Source: Obrimoposthia wandeli
Taxonomy: Eukaryota
Assembly (NCBI GenBank): GCA_977020255.1
Contig: CDROCS010002621.1
Span: 62,001 to 126,000 of the forward strand
DNA: 64,000 nucleotides
Direction of reading: 5' to 3'
Of the stretch, positions 15,201 to 25,346 are shown piece by piece; the first letter of the stretch is position 1, and each line of letters opens with the position of its first letter. The translations under genes were made by a program, and so were the position numbers. The notes below the pieces were generated by a model. The model made no database searches. It saw only the letters and a list, made by a program, of their open reading frames with translations, and was not told the DNA's origin.

Positions 15201-16182
15201 TTAAATGTTTTGTGTTTTCTTAACAAATTTTATGACGTATATCAGATATTTATTTAAAATAAGTGTTAGTGTTTGACAGGATTTAATTTGAACCTTTTGA
15301 AAGAAAACCGTAACGGAACTCACTCATATTATCTTTGTTGTTGGTGCAGTTTGCTGAATGTGGCATGTAGCAGTGATCTTGGGGAACACCAACAAGAAGT
15401 GTGTCTTGGAGCTTTACGGTCACTGTGCAATTATCAAGATGATCTCAAGAAGGTGGGTGCATATGTGCATTAAATGGAGATCGTTGGATGAATGAAGGAA
15501 TTATAGATGCGTGTATGGAGGAATGATCGATCATTGGATGGAGGGATGATAGATGAGTGGATGGATGAAATATTGATAAATGGATTGATGTAGGGTGATA
15601 GATAAGAGGATGGTGGATAAGTGGATGTAGCGATGATGGATGAGTAGATGAACAGATAATGGATGGAAGGATGATGGATGAGTAGATTGATGGATAATGA
15701 ATGGAGGGATCATGGATAAGTGGATGGAGGGATCATGGATGAGTAGATTGATGAATAATGGATAATGGATAGAGGGATGAAAAAGTGGAAGGATATCGAG
15801 ATGAATGACTGCCTGAGTAGATAAAAATGAATTTGTTTCCCATTTCTATAAGGAACTGCAGAAACTGCAGCCGCGTGAACGCCTAGACAAACTGCAAAGC
15901 GGCATACAGGAGCACCATCGTCAACTGGAATCGGCAGGAGGACATACTCTATCAGGCTTGCCTCGTCCTGCTACTGCAGCTGCCTCGCCAGCCGGCACTG
16001 GGTCGCAGCTCTCACATCGCGGTACCTCTATGTTGCCAAGACCACTGACCGCCGTCACTCCACGACAACGGAGACCAATATCCACAACAAGCAGCAGCGG
16101 ACAGCATCATTTCACTTCGGCAGCGCTGGCTAGATATACTGCAATGCGCTGCCACATCAGCTATCTCACTAACCTGGCCTAG
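234..16182 (+). CDS. STK36: Serine/threonine kinase 36 / fused, C-terminal ARM/HEAT-repeat region; 5'-partial, kinase domain lies upstream of the window
   Basis: Fourteen GT-AG exons with consistent phases: 234-328, 2550-2613, 3403-3600, 5450-5665, 5916-6019, 6464-6583, 8187-8349, 9382-9547, 9655-9778, 11138-11195, 12531-12660, 14730-14802, 15350-15452, 15853-16182 (stop TAG). They join into about 647 aa. Motifs [48 protein letters not shown] and VCLGALRSL match vertebrate STK36 as I recall it ([35 protein letters not shown]). Confidence 0.88.
1455..1760 (+). mobile_element. Tc1/Tc3-like transposase remnant (N-terminal HTH region)
   Basis: [41 protein letters not shown], then in another frame [37 protein letters not shown]; both fit paired-HTH Tc3-type motifs. 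Confidence 0.6.
2260..2334 (-). mobile_element. Degenerate tRNA-derived (SINE-head-like) sequence
   Basis: Minus strand has a B-box-like GGTTCAATTCC about 55 nt after an A-box-like start; no intact cloverleaf. Confidence 0.35.
3990..5060 (-). mobile_element. Decayed non-LTR retrotransposon (CR1/L2-type RT) in an STK36 intron
   Basis: Minus strand LYADDTQL at 4621-4644. Related fragments of the same 3' region recur at about 11480-11720, 43940-44120, 49820-50500 and 62000-62110 (shared GATCAATCTGCAGTCATCATCGTT...CCTAAG-like core). Confidence 0.65.
6890..7420 (+). mobile_element. Possible DNA-transposon coding remnant (Academ-like motifs; family uncertain)
   Basis: Frame-broken translation [16 protein letters not shown] and a later TRILY resemble the VHxxFDxY...SxK and EEADTRI motifs; weak. 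Confidence 0.3.
7435..7841. mobile_element. MITE with about 100-bp terminal inverted repeats
   Basis: AATATTAGTAGGTGGATG...GGCTACCACTGTCCTTTAAAACCGTGCATGTGTGTGGAGTGAAATTTC is inverted at 7745-7841. A half copy of the end (CATCCACCTACTACTG) is at about 10395-10411. TA flanks are possible. Confidence 0.85.
13586..14000 (+). mobile_element. hAT/Charlie-like transposon 5' end, truncated
   Basis: CAGGCATGTCAAACACGCGGCCTGCGGGCCGCATGCGGCCC is a typical Charlie terminus, preceded by CTCTAGAT (fits the NTCTAGAN target preference). A possible transposase start [12 protein letters not shown] lies at about 13930. No right TIR found. Confidence 0.6.
15480..15800. repeat. Imperfect (GGAT/GAT)n low-complexity repeat in the last STK36 intron
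   Basis: Visible GATGGATGGATGAGTAG-type iterations. Confidence 0.85.
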
Positions 16183-18784
16183 TTAAAATCATATTGTCAT
16201 GGTAGCCTGTTCGTGGATACCATGGCAACCGATGTTTCTATACAATCCACTTTCTCCCAGCTCGGTAGACAATCAATACTCGTGACACCCCATCATCGTC
16301 TCCACGCATCCTTTCTTTCCTGGACCTTTGCGTCTTAGGCAAATCCCGCATATCTGTACAATACGCCCCACTGTATCAGTTCATATATCTGCTGCTGATA
16401 CTGCTTCCTCCTTCTGCGCTCGATGGCCACGCCAGTCTGGCACACGAGAATATCCCATCAGTGTTGCATACAAGTAATAAATATGGTTCTGAATATATCC
16501 CGCACTCGAGTCTTCGTGGATCGTTTAACAACTATATATCTGATTCGGAAAGCAGTCATTTTATAATGTTCCTAATTTGGCCTAAACCCACTAAAAGAAC
16601 ATATAACCCAAATTATTAAATATCTGAATAAGAAAAGTTTAAGCTAATGACAAACATTTGGAAATATAAAGTCATTGATTATTTGAAATAATAAATCCAT
16701 ATTTAAGTTTTAGAAAAGTGGGGGAAATCAAATTTATATTTGCTACTTGTATAACTCTTTTTGAGAAGAATAAAACAAATTCATGGACACTATGTTATAC
16801 AAAGACCATACAGCAGTCTTAAGATGAAGTTATCTATTTTCCTCAAGACATTCACTTCAGTTGTACGTACGTTACAGAAGCACATGTGTGTTGCACTAAC
16901 AATATTTCTCTGGGAATAAATCGTGTATACACTCCAAGCAGATTACCTTCAGATAAAACCGGGATAAGCCAGTTTGTAAGACGTACTCTCTTAAAAACTC
17001 ACAAGTTAGAGGTTTAATAGTAAGTTAATTAAACTCCAATAAAAGCAATTGTGATGAGTTGAAGTTTTATTATTGAAGATAATGTTGCTGGACCATCCTC
17101 GCATAGCATTATTTAGCCAGAAGTTAATTAATCAATTTTCACTGTAAAAAATCCAAAATTTCGTCCATGGAATGCAATTTGACAACAAAACCAGTACAAA
17201 TTTTCTGCGAAAATTTCTCTGTAAGGATATTTCAAAAGGGTAAACCTATGATTTTGCACATTATACTCGAGCCAATAAACTAAAAGCAATCTTAACTTCA
17301 ATTAAATATAATATTTTATTTAAAAACAATCAGCTATAAATTTTTAAATAATCAATTTATGAACTACAATTTTTATATTTGTTATTAAAATATTTATACA
17401 ATGCGGTGTATGTTTCAAATAATATTTCAAAATCACTTTGTGGCTCAGAATCTCGATATTTGAGAATGAGTGTGGCTGTGGCTATCCAACTTTTTGACAG
17501 CTAAAGAAATATTAAAGTAAAAACAATGAAACACATTTTATTAGTAAAACATTCAAATTTTAACACACACATAAAATATTAACACAAGTGTTGAAAATGA
17601 TTGTCATTTGGATATGCATAAATTCAGTATTTTAGAAAAGTTTGAAACGTTTTAGTTATAAATTTTTGAGAAAGATGTTTAATATTATCATTCATCTTTT
17701 GCTGTAGTTCTTCAGTTCTTGGATAACTTTTTGTAATCAATAGATTTTTACATAATCTGTAAATAAAAGTCCAGCACTGTTAAATCTCTTATCCTCGCTG
17801 ACCAATGAAATTCACCGTCTCGCATGATTTGACGACTGAAAAACGTGTCATTCAAAAAGGTTCGCACTATAAAACGCCAGTGTCGAAAATAAGTTGTATC
17901 TTTGAAGTATTAGAATAAAATATTTTAAGAATCTTTATATAACTTTCCTTGTTTACAGTTACAAAGAAAAACGAACCAATGACAAACATATCAGCCCATA
18001 TCGATAACACTTGCTTCTTCGGGGTAACTTCCTCAAACATATGAAGATTTTCATGTCTTCAAATCATGCGTTAATTTTACCATTCATATGAAATGTGACT
18101 ATCTGAAAACAAAGTATATTCAAAAATTAGTTATCTTCAAAGTCTTTATTTCATGGTGTTATTGAACTCTTAGTTCATAGTCTACCATAAAAATGTATGG
18201 TATCTAGTTGTTGTCGTAGGTTTTAATTCATAAGAGTACAATGAACAATCTCGTAAGAAATCTTAAGGTTTTTGGAAGACTCCATGATTGATGACCTTAC
18301 TTTCAAAATTTCTTTGATTATTCAGACAACGAAGGGCGTCCACTTTGATGGGCAACCAGAATATTATCACTTTTTGAAATGTCTTACGGATGGATTTGAA
18401 TGTGTGATGTTGATTAGATTTATTTCCCCTACTGAATCCGAGTCAATACAACAGATTCAAAAAAGTCTATTTTCCTTTAACGGTTAGCATGGTTGTGATG
18501 ATGTGATAAATGTATTGATTAAAAAAAATGAAGTAACAATTTCTTAATTTCTTAATATAAAAAGTCATTTATTGAATTATGATAATAGAAAAGAATTGAT
18601 TTTATGCCACTTTGAAACCCCTTAAATACTTTTAAAATTGATTTTGTTTTAAATTATAATTATTTTAAATAACCAACAAATAAATTTTGAAAATACAATA
18701 TGGTAATTAATTTTAGATAACTAACGAATTGATTTCAGATTCTAAGTAAGTTTGTAATAATTATTTTGTAAATAATTATTTTTA

Positions 18785-19105
18785 GATGAGGATGATGAAG
18801 AAGATGAATGATTACAATAAAATATTGCATTGACGAGATGAAGGATGAAGGATTGCAATTATGATGAAGATAAGATGACAAGATGAAGAATTACGATAAT
18901 GAAGATTAGATGCTGGATTATGATGAAGACAAGATGTGGATGAATGATTGCGATGAAGGATTATTATGAAGATTCATGGATTATGATGCTGGATTTCATT
19001 GATGAGATGAAGGATTATGATAATGAAGATTAGATGCTGGATTACATTGATGAGATGAAGGATTATGATAATGAAGATTAGATGCTGGATTATGATGAGG
19101 ATGAA
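18785..19105. repeat. GAT/GAA-rich degenerate tandem repeat
   Basis: Iterated GATGAAGGATTATGATAATGAAGATTAGATGCTGGATT units, including a near-perfect duplication of about 48 bp. Confidence 0.85.
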
Positions 19106-20154
19106 GGTATTTTAAGGTATTTTAAGATATTTTAATAATGATATTTGTTTTTTTCTTTACTATCTCTCAATATTTGTTTTAATTAACTCCTGTTTCTTTC
19201 AATATTATGTAAGAATATATTTTATTAGTAATATCATAGATAGTGTTAACCCTTCAATTAGATTGTTCCCAACAATGGTGCTAATCAGCATTTATCTCAC
19301 ATATACTCTTGGTATTTATACTTATTGCGATATAGTTTAGTAAATTATATACTACTTATTTTGATTAATATTTAAATGAAACTAGAAAAGAAATTATAAT
19401 CAGTAGATAGTTTGCTACTTTTAGTAGTAAGTAGCTAAAGATTTAAAAAATATTATTCTATATAAAGTTTTAAGATTCTCCAAAATACTCTAACAAAAAG
19501 TTAGAAGCCCTCCCATGCCTTTCTAACGAGGACTTGTTTGTGCATGCGTGTGAAGGACTCACTGCCAGTCTTTATGTGGCAGTATGAGTGGTTGGCCATT
19601 TGGCCATGATGCCCGGGATCTCTTCTACTTCAAGAGACTCCCGGAGCATCAACCCTTCTGTGAGATAACACTTCTCTGCTAGAGAGTGCTTCTCGCTGTT
19701 CATGAGCTCGTTCGATAATATTTTCTCTCTTGAATTCCATTTTATCAATAATGAAATGAAACTAAAAAATTATCTTATATACTCTTTTTAGCCTAATTTA
19801 TTTCATTGATGTGTTAAAACAAATTATATTTTTAAAAAACAATGGATAATATTATAAAATTCCTATTAAAATACACATGGTATAGAATAACCTGGATGCA
19901 TTAACCTGATTAAAATTATATTATGTATTATCATTTAGATAGATTACATTTGTTTGAATAATATATTATGAAATTAATGTATTTAAACATAAAATCTTTA
20001 TGATGAAGGGATAATAATATAAAACACTAAGATAGAATTTTGAAAAATATATGTTACTTGTTATTAAAAGTAATACAAAATATAAATATTTTAAAGTTTT
20101 TAAGTTTTTGAAAATTGTAAGTTTTTTGAAAATTTTGAGTTTTTTGGCAAAGGC

Positions 20155-22583
20155 CACCAACAATATATACAAAAAATTAAACTCATAATGACAGACAACC
20201 ATATGTAAAAGTAGAAAACAACAAAACGAATACGACTTAGAATACACAGATTTGATTAACATAATATTCCGTTAACAACAAGCACAGCAATTAAACAACG
20301 ACCTTATTGTATTCCATATGCCTAGAGAGATTAGGGTCAAAGACAAATAAAATGAATATTGGAGAATGGAACTATTAGAAGAATTTTTCAGCATGGACAT
20401 CTCCTGTCGTCTTAATTAAAAGGAAAGATAGTTCGTTAAGATTCTGAGTAGATTATTGAAAACTAAACGAAGTCACACACAAAGACACCTATCCACTTCC
20501 AAGAATCGTTTAAATTCTAATCAAATTAATAACTGCTAAAGTATTCACGACCTTAGATCTACAAAGTGGGTACCGATAAAGAAATAACGGCCTTCTCAAC
20601 AGGATGAGTACTGTACGAATTCAATGTCTTAGTATTTTGATTAACAGGTGTTCCTGTAATATTTCAGAAATATATGAGCCACATTCTAATGGATGCAGAG
20701 CATGTAATGGTATTTGCTGATGACATCCTTATTTTCTCAACAAAAAATTGAAGAACATTTAAAAGATTTAGAAAAGTATTCTTAAGATGGAAAGTAGCAG
20801 GTTTAAAATTAAAACCAAAAAAATTGTGAATGGATAAAAGACAAAGTATATTATTTAGGTCCTGCGTTATCTGCAGAAAAATACAACCAGATCAGAGTAA
20901 TATAGAAAAAGTAAAGAATTTTCCCATTGTTTGGGTTTCTGTGAAACTAGATCCCCTTCCGGAGGCCCCCAACGTAAGTTCTGTAGCAATGGGGATTACA
21001 GATGGACGTGGCCTACATATTCTTACTTTACTGAATTCTTGTCTCAAAATTTGTGTGCAAAGAGTTGTATTTAGGATAACTAAAAAAGGACTCTAAAACT
21101 AATGTGGTGTACTGTAGGGTTATATTATTGAGCCGGTTAGACTGGTCTGAAATCTATTCAAAAAGGGTTCTGGTCAAAACCTAGATAAAATATGTGAAAC
21201 AAAACCGGAGCTAAGCGATGCTAACGATATTCCTTCAATGTATCAGGCCTTAACTATCCTATGTATACACTGGGGTTCGGAACATGTTACATGTTTAGCT
21301 CTCGGCTAGCCTATAGTTTAGTTGGTCTACTTCGTATAAGCATGTAGAAAGTAAACCTTGGTGTTGGTTACAATTATATATTCCAACTAAGATTAGACAA
21401 TAAACTCCTAAATAAAAAGGCGTATACTTAACAGTCTTCAACAGCGACACGTTTCCTAGTTCCCGTTGTTTAGTTCAGTTTCTTTATACAAACTCTTACG
21501 CAATTTATTAATCAAATCAATGTTACACAACATTTAACTCTTTTCAAATAACAAATCAAATCAATGTTACGCAATGTTTCTCACCAATTATCTGTTTTCC
21601 CAATTGGATGGTATGGACTCGTCTCTTATGGGGATTTTGGGTGTTTTTTTTCCAAGGCACTTGCGTTTCCTTCGAACTGTGTCAAACCTTATAATAGATT
21701 TCAGGCGTTTGAATTGTTTCCGTAGCGTAGTTTACTCTCCTTTATCTAGTGACCTGTGTTTATTTTGATTCGCTTCTCCTACGTGACACTCCTCGGTGAT
21801 TTATGTTGTCTTAACTTGAGTCGTATGTCGCTTCGTTGAAATCTATTCTGTTTTCCGATAATGTGAATAATTGCTTATATACTAATCGTTTACGTAGTGA
21901 TGACTGTAGTGATTTCGTCTACCTGACGTTTCACGTGCTTGATTTCCTTACAATCGAGGTCACAAAAAATGCACTATTGGGATTGAGAATTTTGTTTTCT
22001 CTGTTTACTTTTGGGATTAGCTTTCCTCTTTGGTGGCCCTTTTACACATTTTTGAATTTATTTTATACTTGCTTATATGACCTTTAAGATCTCAATTATT
22101 TAACACACATATTTCAATTTCGCTTTTAAAACATTTTTCTATTTTTTAAATTATTTATTTAACCTTCTATTTTAGGTTAGATTTCTACTATAAATAAACG
22201 TGTTTAATTATTATTTGACTAATTTTGTTAATCTAACCCAAAGCCGTAAAAATATACAAGATTTATTAGAAATTTCACACAAATAGTGACACCACTTAAT
22301 AAACTCATTAGTAAAAAAAAAATTTTGAATGGGAAATGGAACAACAAGAATCGTTCAAATACCTAAAACAAAAATTAATTAAAAAAGCTCTTCTCAAATA
22401 TCCAAACTTTAATAATTCATTTTTAGTCATGCTGAGGACAGTGGTTATGCGTTAGGAGCAGTCATAGGACAACAAGACAATATAGAAAAAGATCATGTGA
22501 TAACATACACAAGCAGATGTTTTAAAAACATGAAATAAATTACTCAATAATAGTAAGAGAATGCTTAGCTATGTTTTTTGCTC
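20155..22583 (+). pseudogene. Copy B, 5' remnant: degenerate PR-flank/RT/RNase H of a related Gypsy element
   Basis: Colinear with copy A 29445-29515 and 30232-31340 (e.g. CATGGACATCTCCTGTCGTC, FTTLDLQSGY, GGTTATGCGTTAGGAGCAGT). Many stops and indels; protease region deleted; split by a solo LTR. Confidence 0.85.
20928..22236 (-). mobile_element. Solo LTR related to family C, reverse orientation, inserted in pol of copy B
   Basis: Interrupts the codons for NFPI|PK in copy B pol. The reverse complement of its left end (...ACAGAACTTACGTTGGGGGCCTCCGG...GGATCT...GAAACCCAAACA) resembles the 3' end of the 25912-27971 insert (...ATAGAACTCACGTTGGGGCCCTCCG...GGATCT...GAAACCCCAACA). The right junction and TSD are eroded. 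Confidence 0.65.
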
Positions 22584-23866
22584 AAAGTTTATAATATTAA
22601 AAAATATGTTTTAATTCATTTTTAATAAGATTATACTGTATTTTTTAGAATAAAATTATACTGTATTTTTTTTTAGAATAATTTCTTGGTTGTAATAATT
22701 AAAGTAAAGTAAAAATACTTTGTGGTACAGAGGTTTTGTAAGAAGTTTTCATTATTATTTTTAACTTTGTGGTACATACCGCCAGAGATTTTGCAAGGAG
22801 TTTTTATTGTTTTTAAACCCAACTACATTGTCTCGATCTATTAAAATACAAATTTAGAACAATAAATATACATTTATAAAATAAAAGCAAAAATAATAAA
22901 GATACATAATTCATATTTAAAATTCAATTTTCTATAAAAAATAAAAATTCGAAATTTAGTTGTAAAATATTAGGACTATTTTTGAAATAAAATACAAACA
23001 TATTATTTTATTTGGATTTGGGATTTTCACCAATTTATTTTGATATTTTTACTGATTCGAGTTGGAGGTCAGATACACTGGGATTATCAAATTAACAAAT
23101 TTTCATAGTTTTTGAAGCAATAGTTTTTGATTCAAAATTATCCTGTAATTGATTGAAGATATATTAATAGTTTATCTAAACATAATTTAAAATTAACAAA
23201 TTTTCAATATCAGTTTTTAAAATAAAAATAACGATAGCAGATTTGACTTAAGAATATATATTGATAGGTTAGAAATTTTTTCTATTACTTTGGTTGGAAT
23301 TACAGTTCAAATCACGGTAATCGATTATCATAAGGCCGAGCTGTATTTTGATCACAGAGTAGAGATAATTCCTGACTGTTTTAAAAAAAAAAAAAAAAAT
23401 CAATTTATTTAAATATACATTTTCTTTAATCGTTTTCAATAAAACTAGACAACAATATATAAACACATAAATTAATTTTCGACCCAGTACGCAGGATAAT
23501 AGTGAACAATACACAAAGATTTCAAAATCTAAACGTAGTGCTAATCTTCGCTGGAGACGCATTCAAACTAGGTTAGTAAGAACTAACATAAGTGAAACAC
23601 TACCACAGAGACCTAAATCTCAGATAAATTTTAGAACCAATAACGAATTTTTCCCTGAAACTCCGTTAGTTCACCAACACACGGATCGCTTAATTTCAAC
23701 CGACTCTGAAAACCAAAATCTAACATCAAATTCGGATACAGAAAGTTTATCTTCACCACAAACATCTGACTCGGATAGTTCGTCAGAGATAACAGAAGCA
23801 GTGGCCGTACCAGAACCACCTATTGTACAAATAAACAACGAACAAATAATCAATCAACCTCAAATA

Positions 23867-24968
23867 ATGGCTGAACATAAATTAAATGTTCCATTAGACG
23901 CTTTCAATGACGATAAATCTTCACTACCCGAATTTTTAAATAGATTTGATTCATTTGCCTAGGCATTTGAATGGACTAATGTAGAGAAACTTAGGGTTTT
24001 TCCGGCGTATTTAAAGGGCACTGCCTTAACAATTTATAGAGGATTAAATAATGAACAGAAAGACACATGAGACCATTTAGTTCAGAATTTTAAAATATGA
24101 TTTTAGGAGCACAGTCTGAACAAAATTACCTTAACCAATTTAGGCAACGTGAACAACATTTGGGAGAACCCACAAATATCTTTGCAGTTGAATTACGAAG
24201 ATTAGCCTTAAAATCATTTCCCGGAATTGAGGAAGTCTTAAGAGAACGTTTACTCATACATCAATTTCTATATGGGCTAAACAGTAAAATAAAAAATCAC
24301 CCAGCACTACTAGAAGTAGAAAATTTTCAACAAGCTGTAAATAAGGCTCAACTTGTAGAAACAAGATTAAACATGTTACAACAATCTAAAGTTTCAGCAT
24401 TAACCTTTGAAAAAATACAAAGACCAACAACACCACCAAATTTCAATCAAACTCAAAACTATAACCCAAACACGCAATCTAATTACCAAAACCAACAACA
24501 ATATACACCACCGACAAATAACTTTTATAGAAATCAAACAAACAGAAACTATAAAGACTCACAAATTACACAAAGACAAATTGTGGACTGCAAAATCACA
24601 CAATAGAGAATTGTTATAAAATAACCAACAACAAATTTTGTAGATTTTGTAAAAAAGACAATCATACTATAGAAACTTGCCGAAAATTGTTATACAGACA
24701 AGGTAATAATATAAGACCACAAAATAATAACTTTAATAATCCAAATAATAATTTCAAAAATGCAAATAGTAATTTTAGAAGCCCATATAATAATTTCAAT
24801 AATCAAAATAATCAAGCTAAATATTTTAATACTAATACAAAATTTTGTAAAATTTGTAATATGAAAAATCACAATACTGATGAATGTAGCAAACTAAATA
24901 CTATGATGAACCAATTTGGTAACACAACAATAAAACAACAACAACAACAACAACCACAGATTCAATAA
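23867..24968 (+). pseudogene. gag: gag (capsid plus nucleocapsid with CCHC zinc knuckles), copy A
   Basis: MAEHKLNVPLDAF...FLNRFDSFA*AFEW...LKGTAL...FRQREQHLGE...FAVELRRLALKSFP...LLIHQFLYGL is retrotransposon gag-like. Knuckles CRFCKKDNHTIETC (24639-24680) and CKICNMKNHNTDEC (24846-24887). Stops at 23960 and 24068; frameshifts near 24093 and about 24560. Confidence 0.88.
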
Positions 24969-25346
24969 ACAGTACAATTTAACAATCAAAATCAACAATA
25001 TACCCCAAGAAACCCTATTCGCACTATAGAAAATACAGAAACAACTCCAAACACAGACGAATTAGCATTGTTAAAATTACGACTTAAAGAAAGGGATAAT
25101 CGCTACAGAGAAATACACCAACAATGCCATAACAGTGAACCACAAACAGATAGAACAAACTTACAATCCGAATTTGGAGACATGTTTAGAGATGGTTGTT
25201 TGACATTACAAAAAAATAAATATACAATCACAAAAACAAACCAAACTACTCAAACACAAGAAAAGAAAGTAAAACACAAGAAAAAACGTAAAACACTAAA
25301 AAATCTAAAAACTAAAATTTTTAAAAATACAAATAATCTTAATAAA

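Noticed and set aside
18785-19105. Asp/Glu-rich coding exon
   Set aside because: Frequent stops in all frames and no splice context; simple repeat.
19262-19290. TTCCCAACA followed by ATGGTGCTAATC as the 5' LTR end and PBS of copy B
   Set aside because: The upstream sequence does not match either putative 3' LTR (36384+ or 40651+) and I cannot assign the PBS to a tRNA; kept only as context.
22584-23470. 5' LTR of copy A
   Set aside because: No detectable similarity to 36384-37871 and no clear CA-TGG junction; more likely leader sequence left after a deletion.
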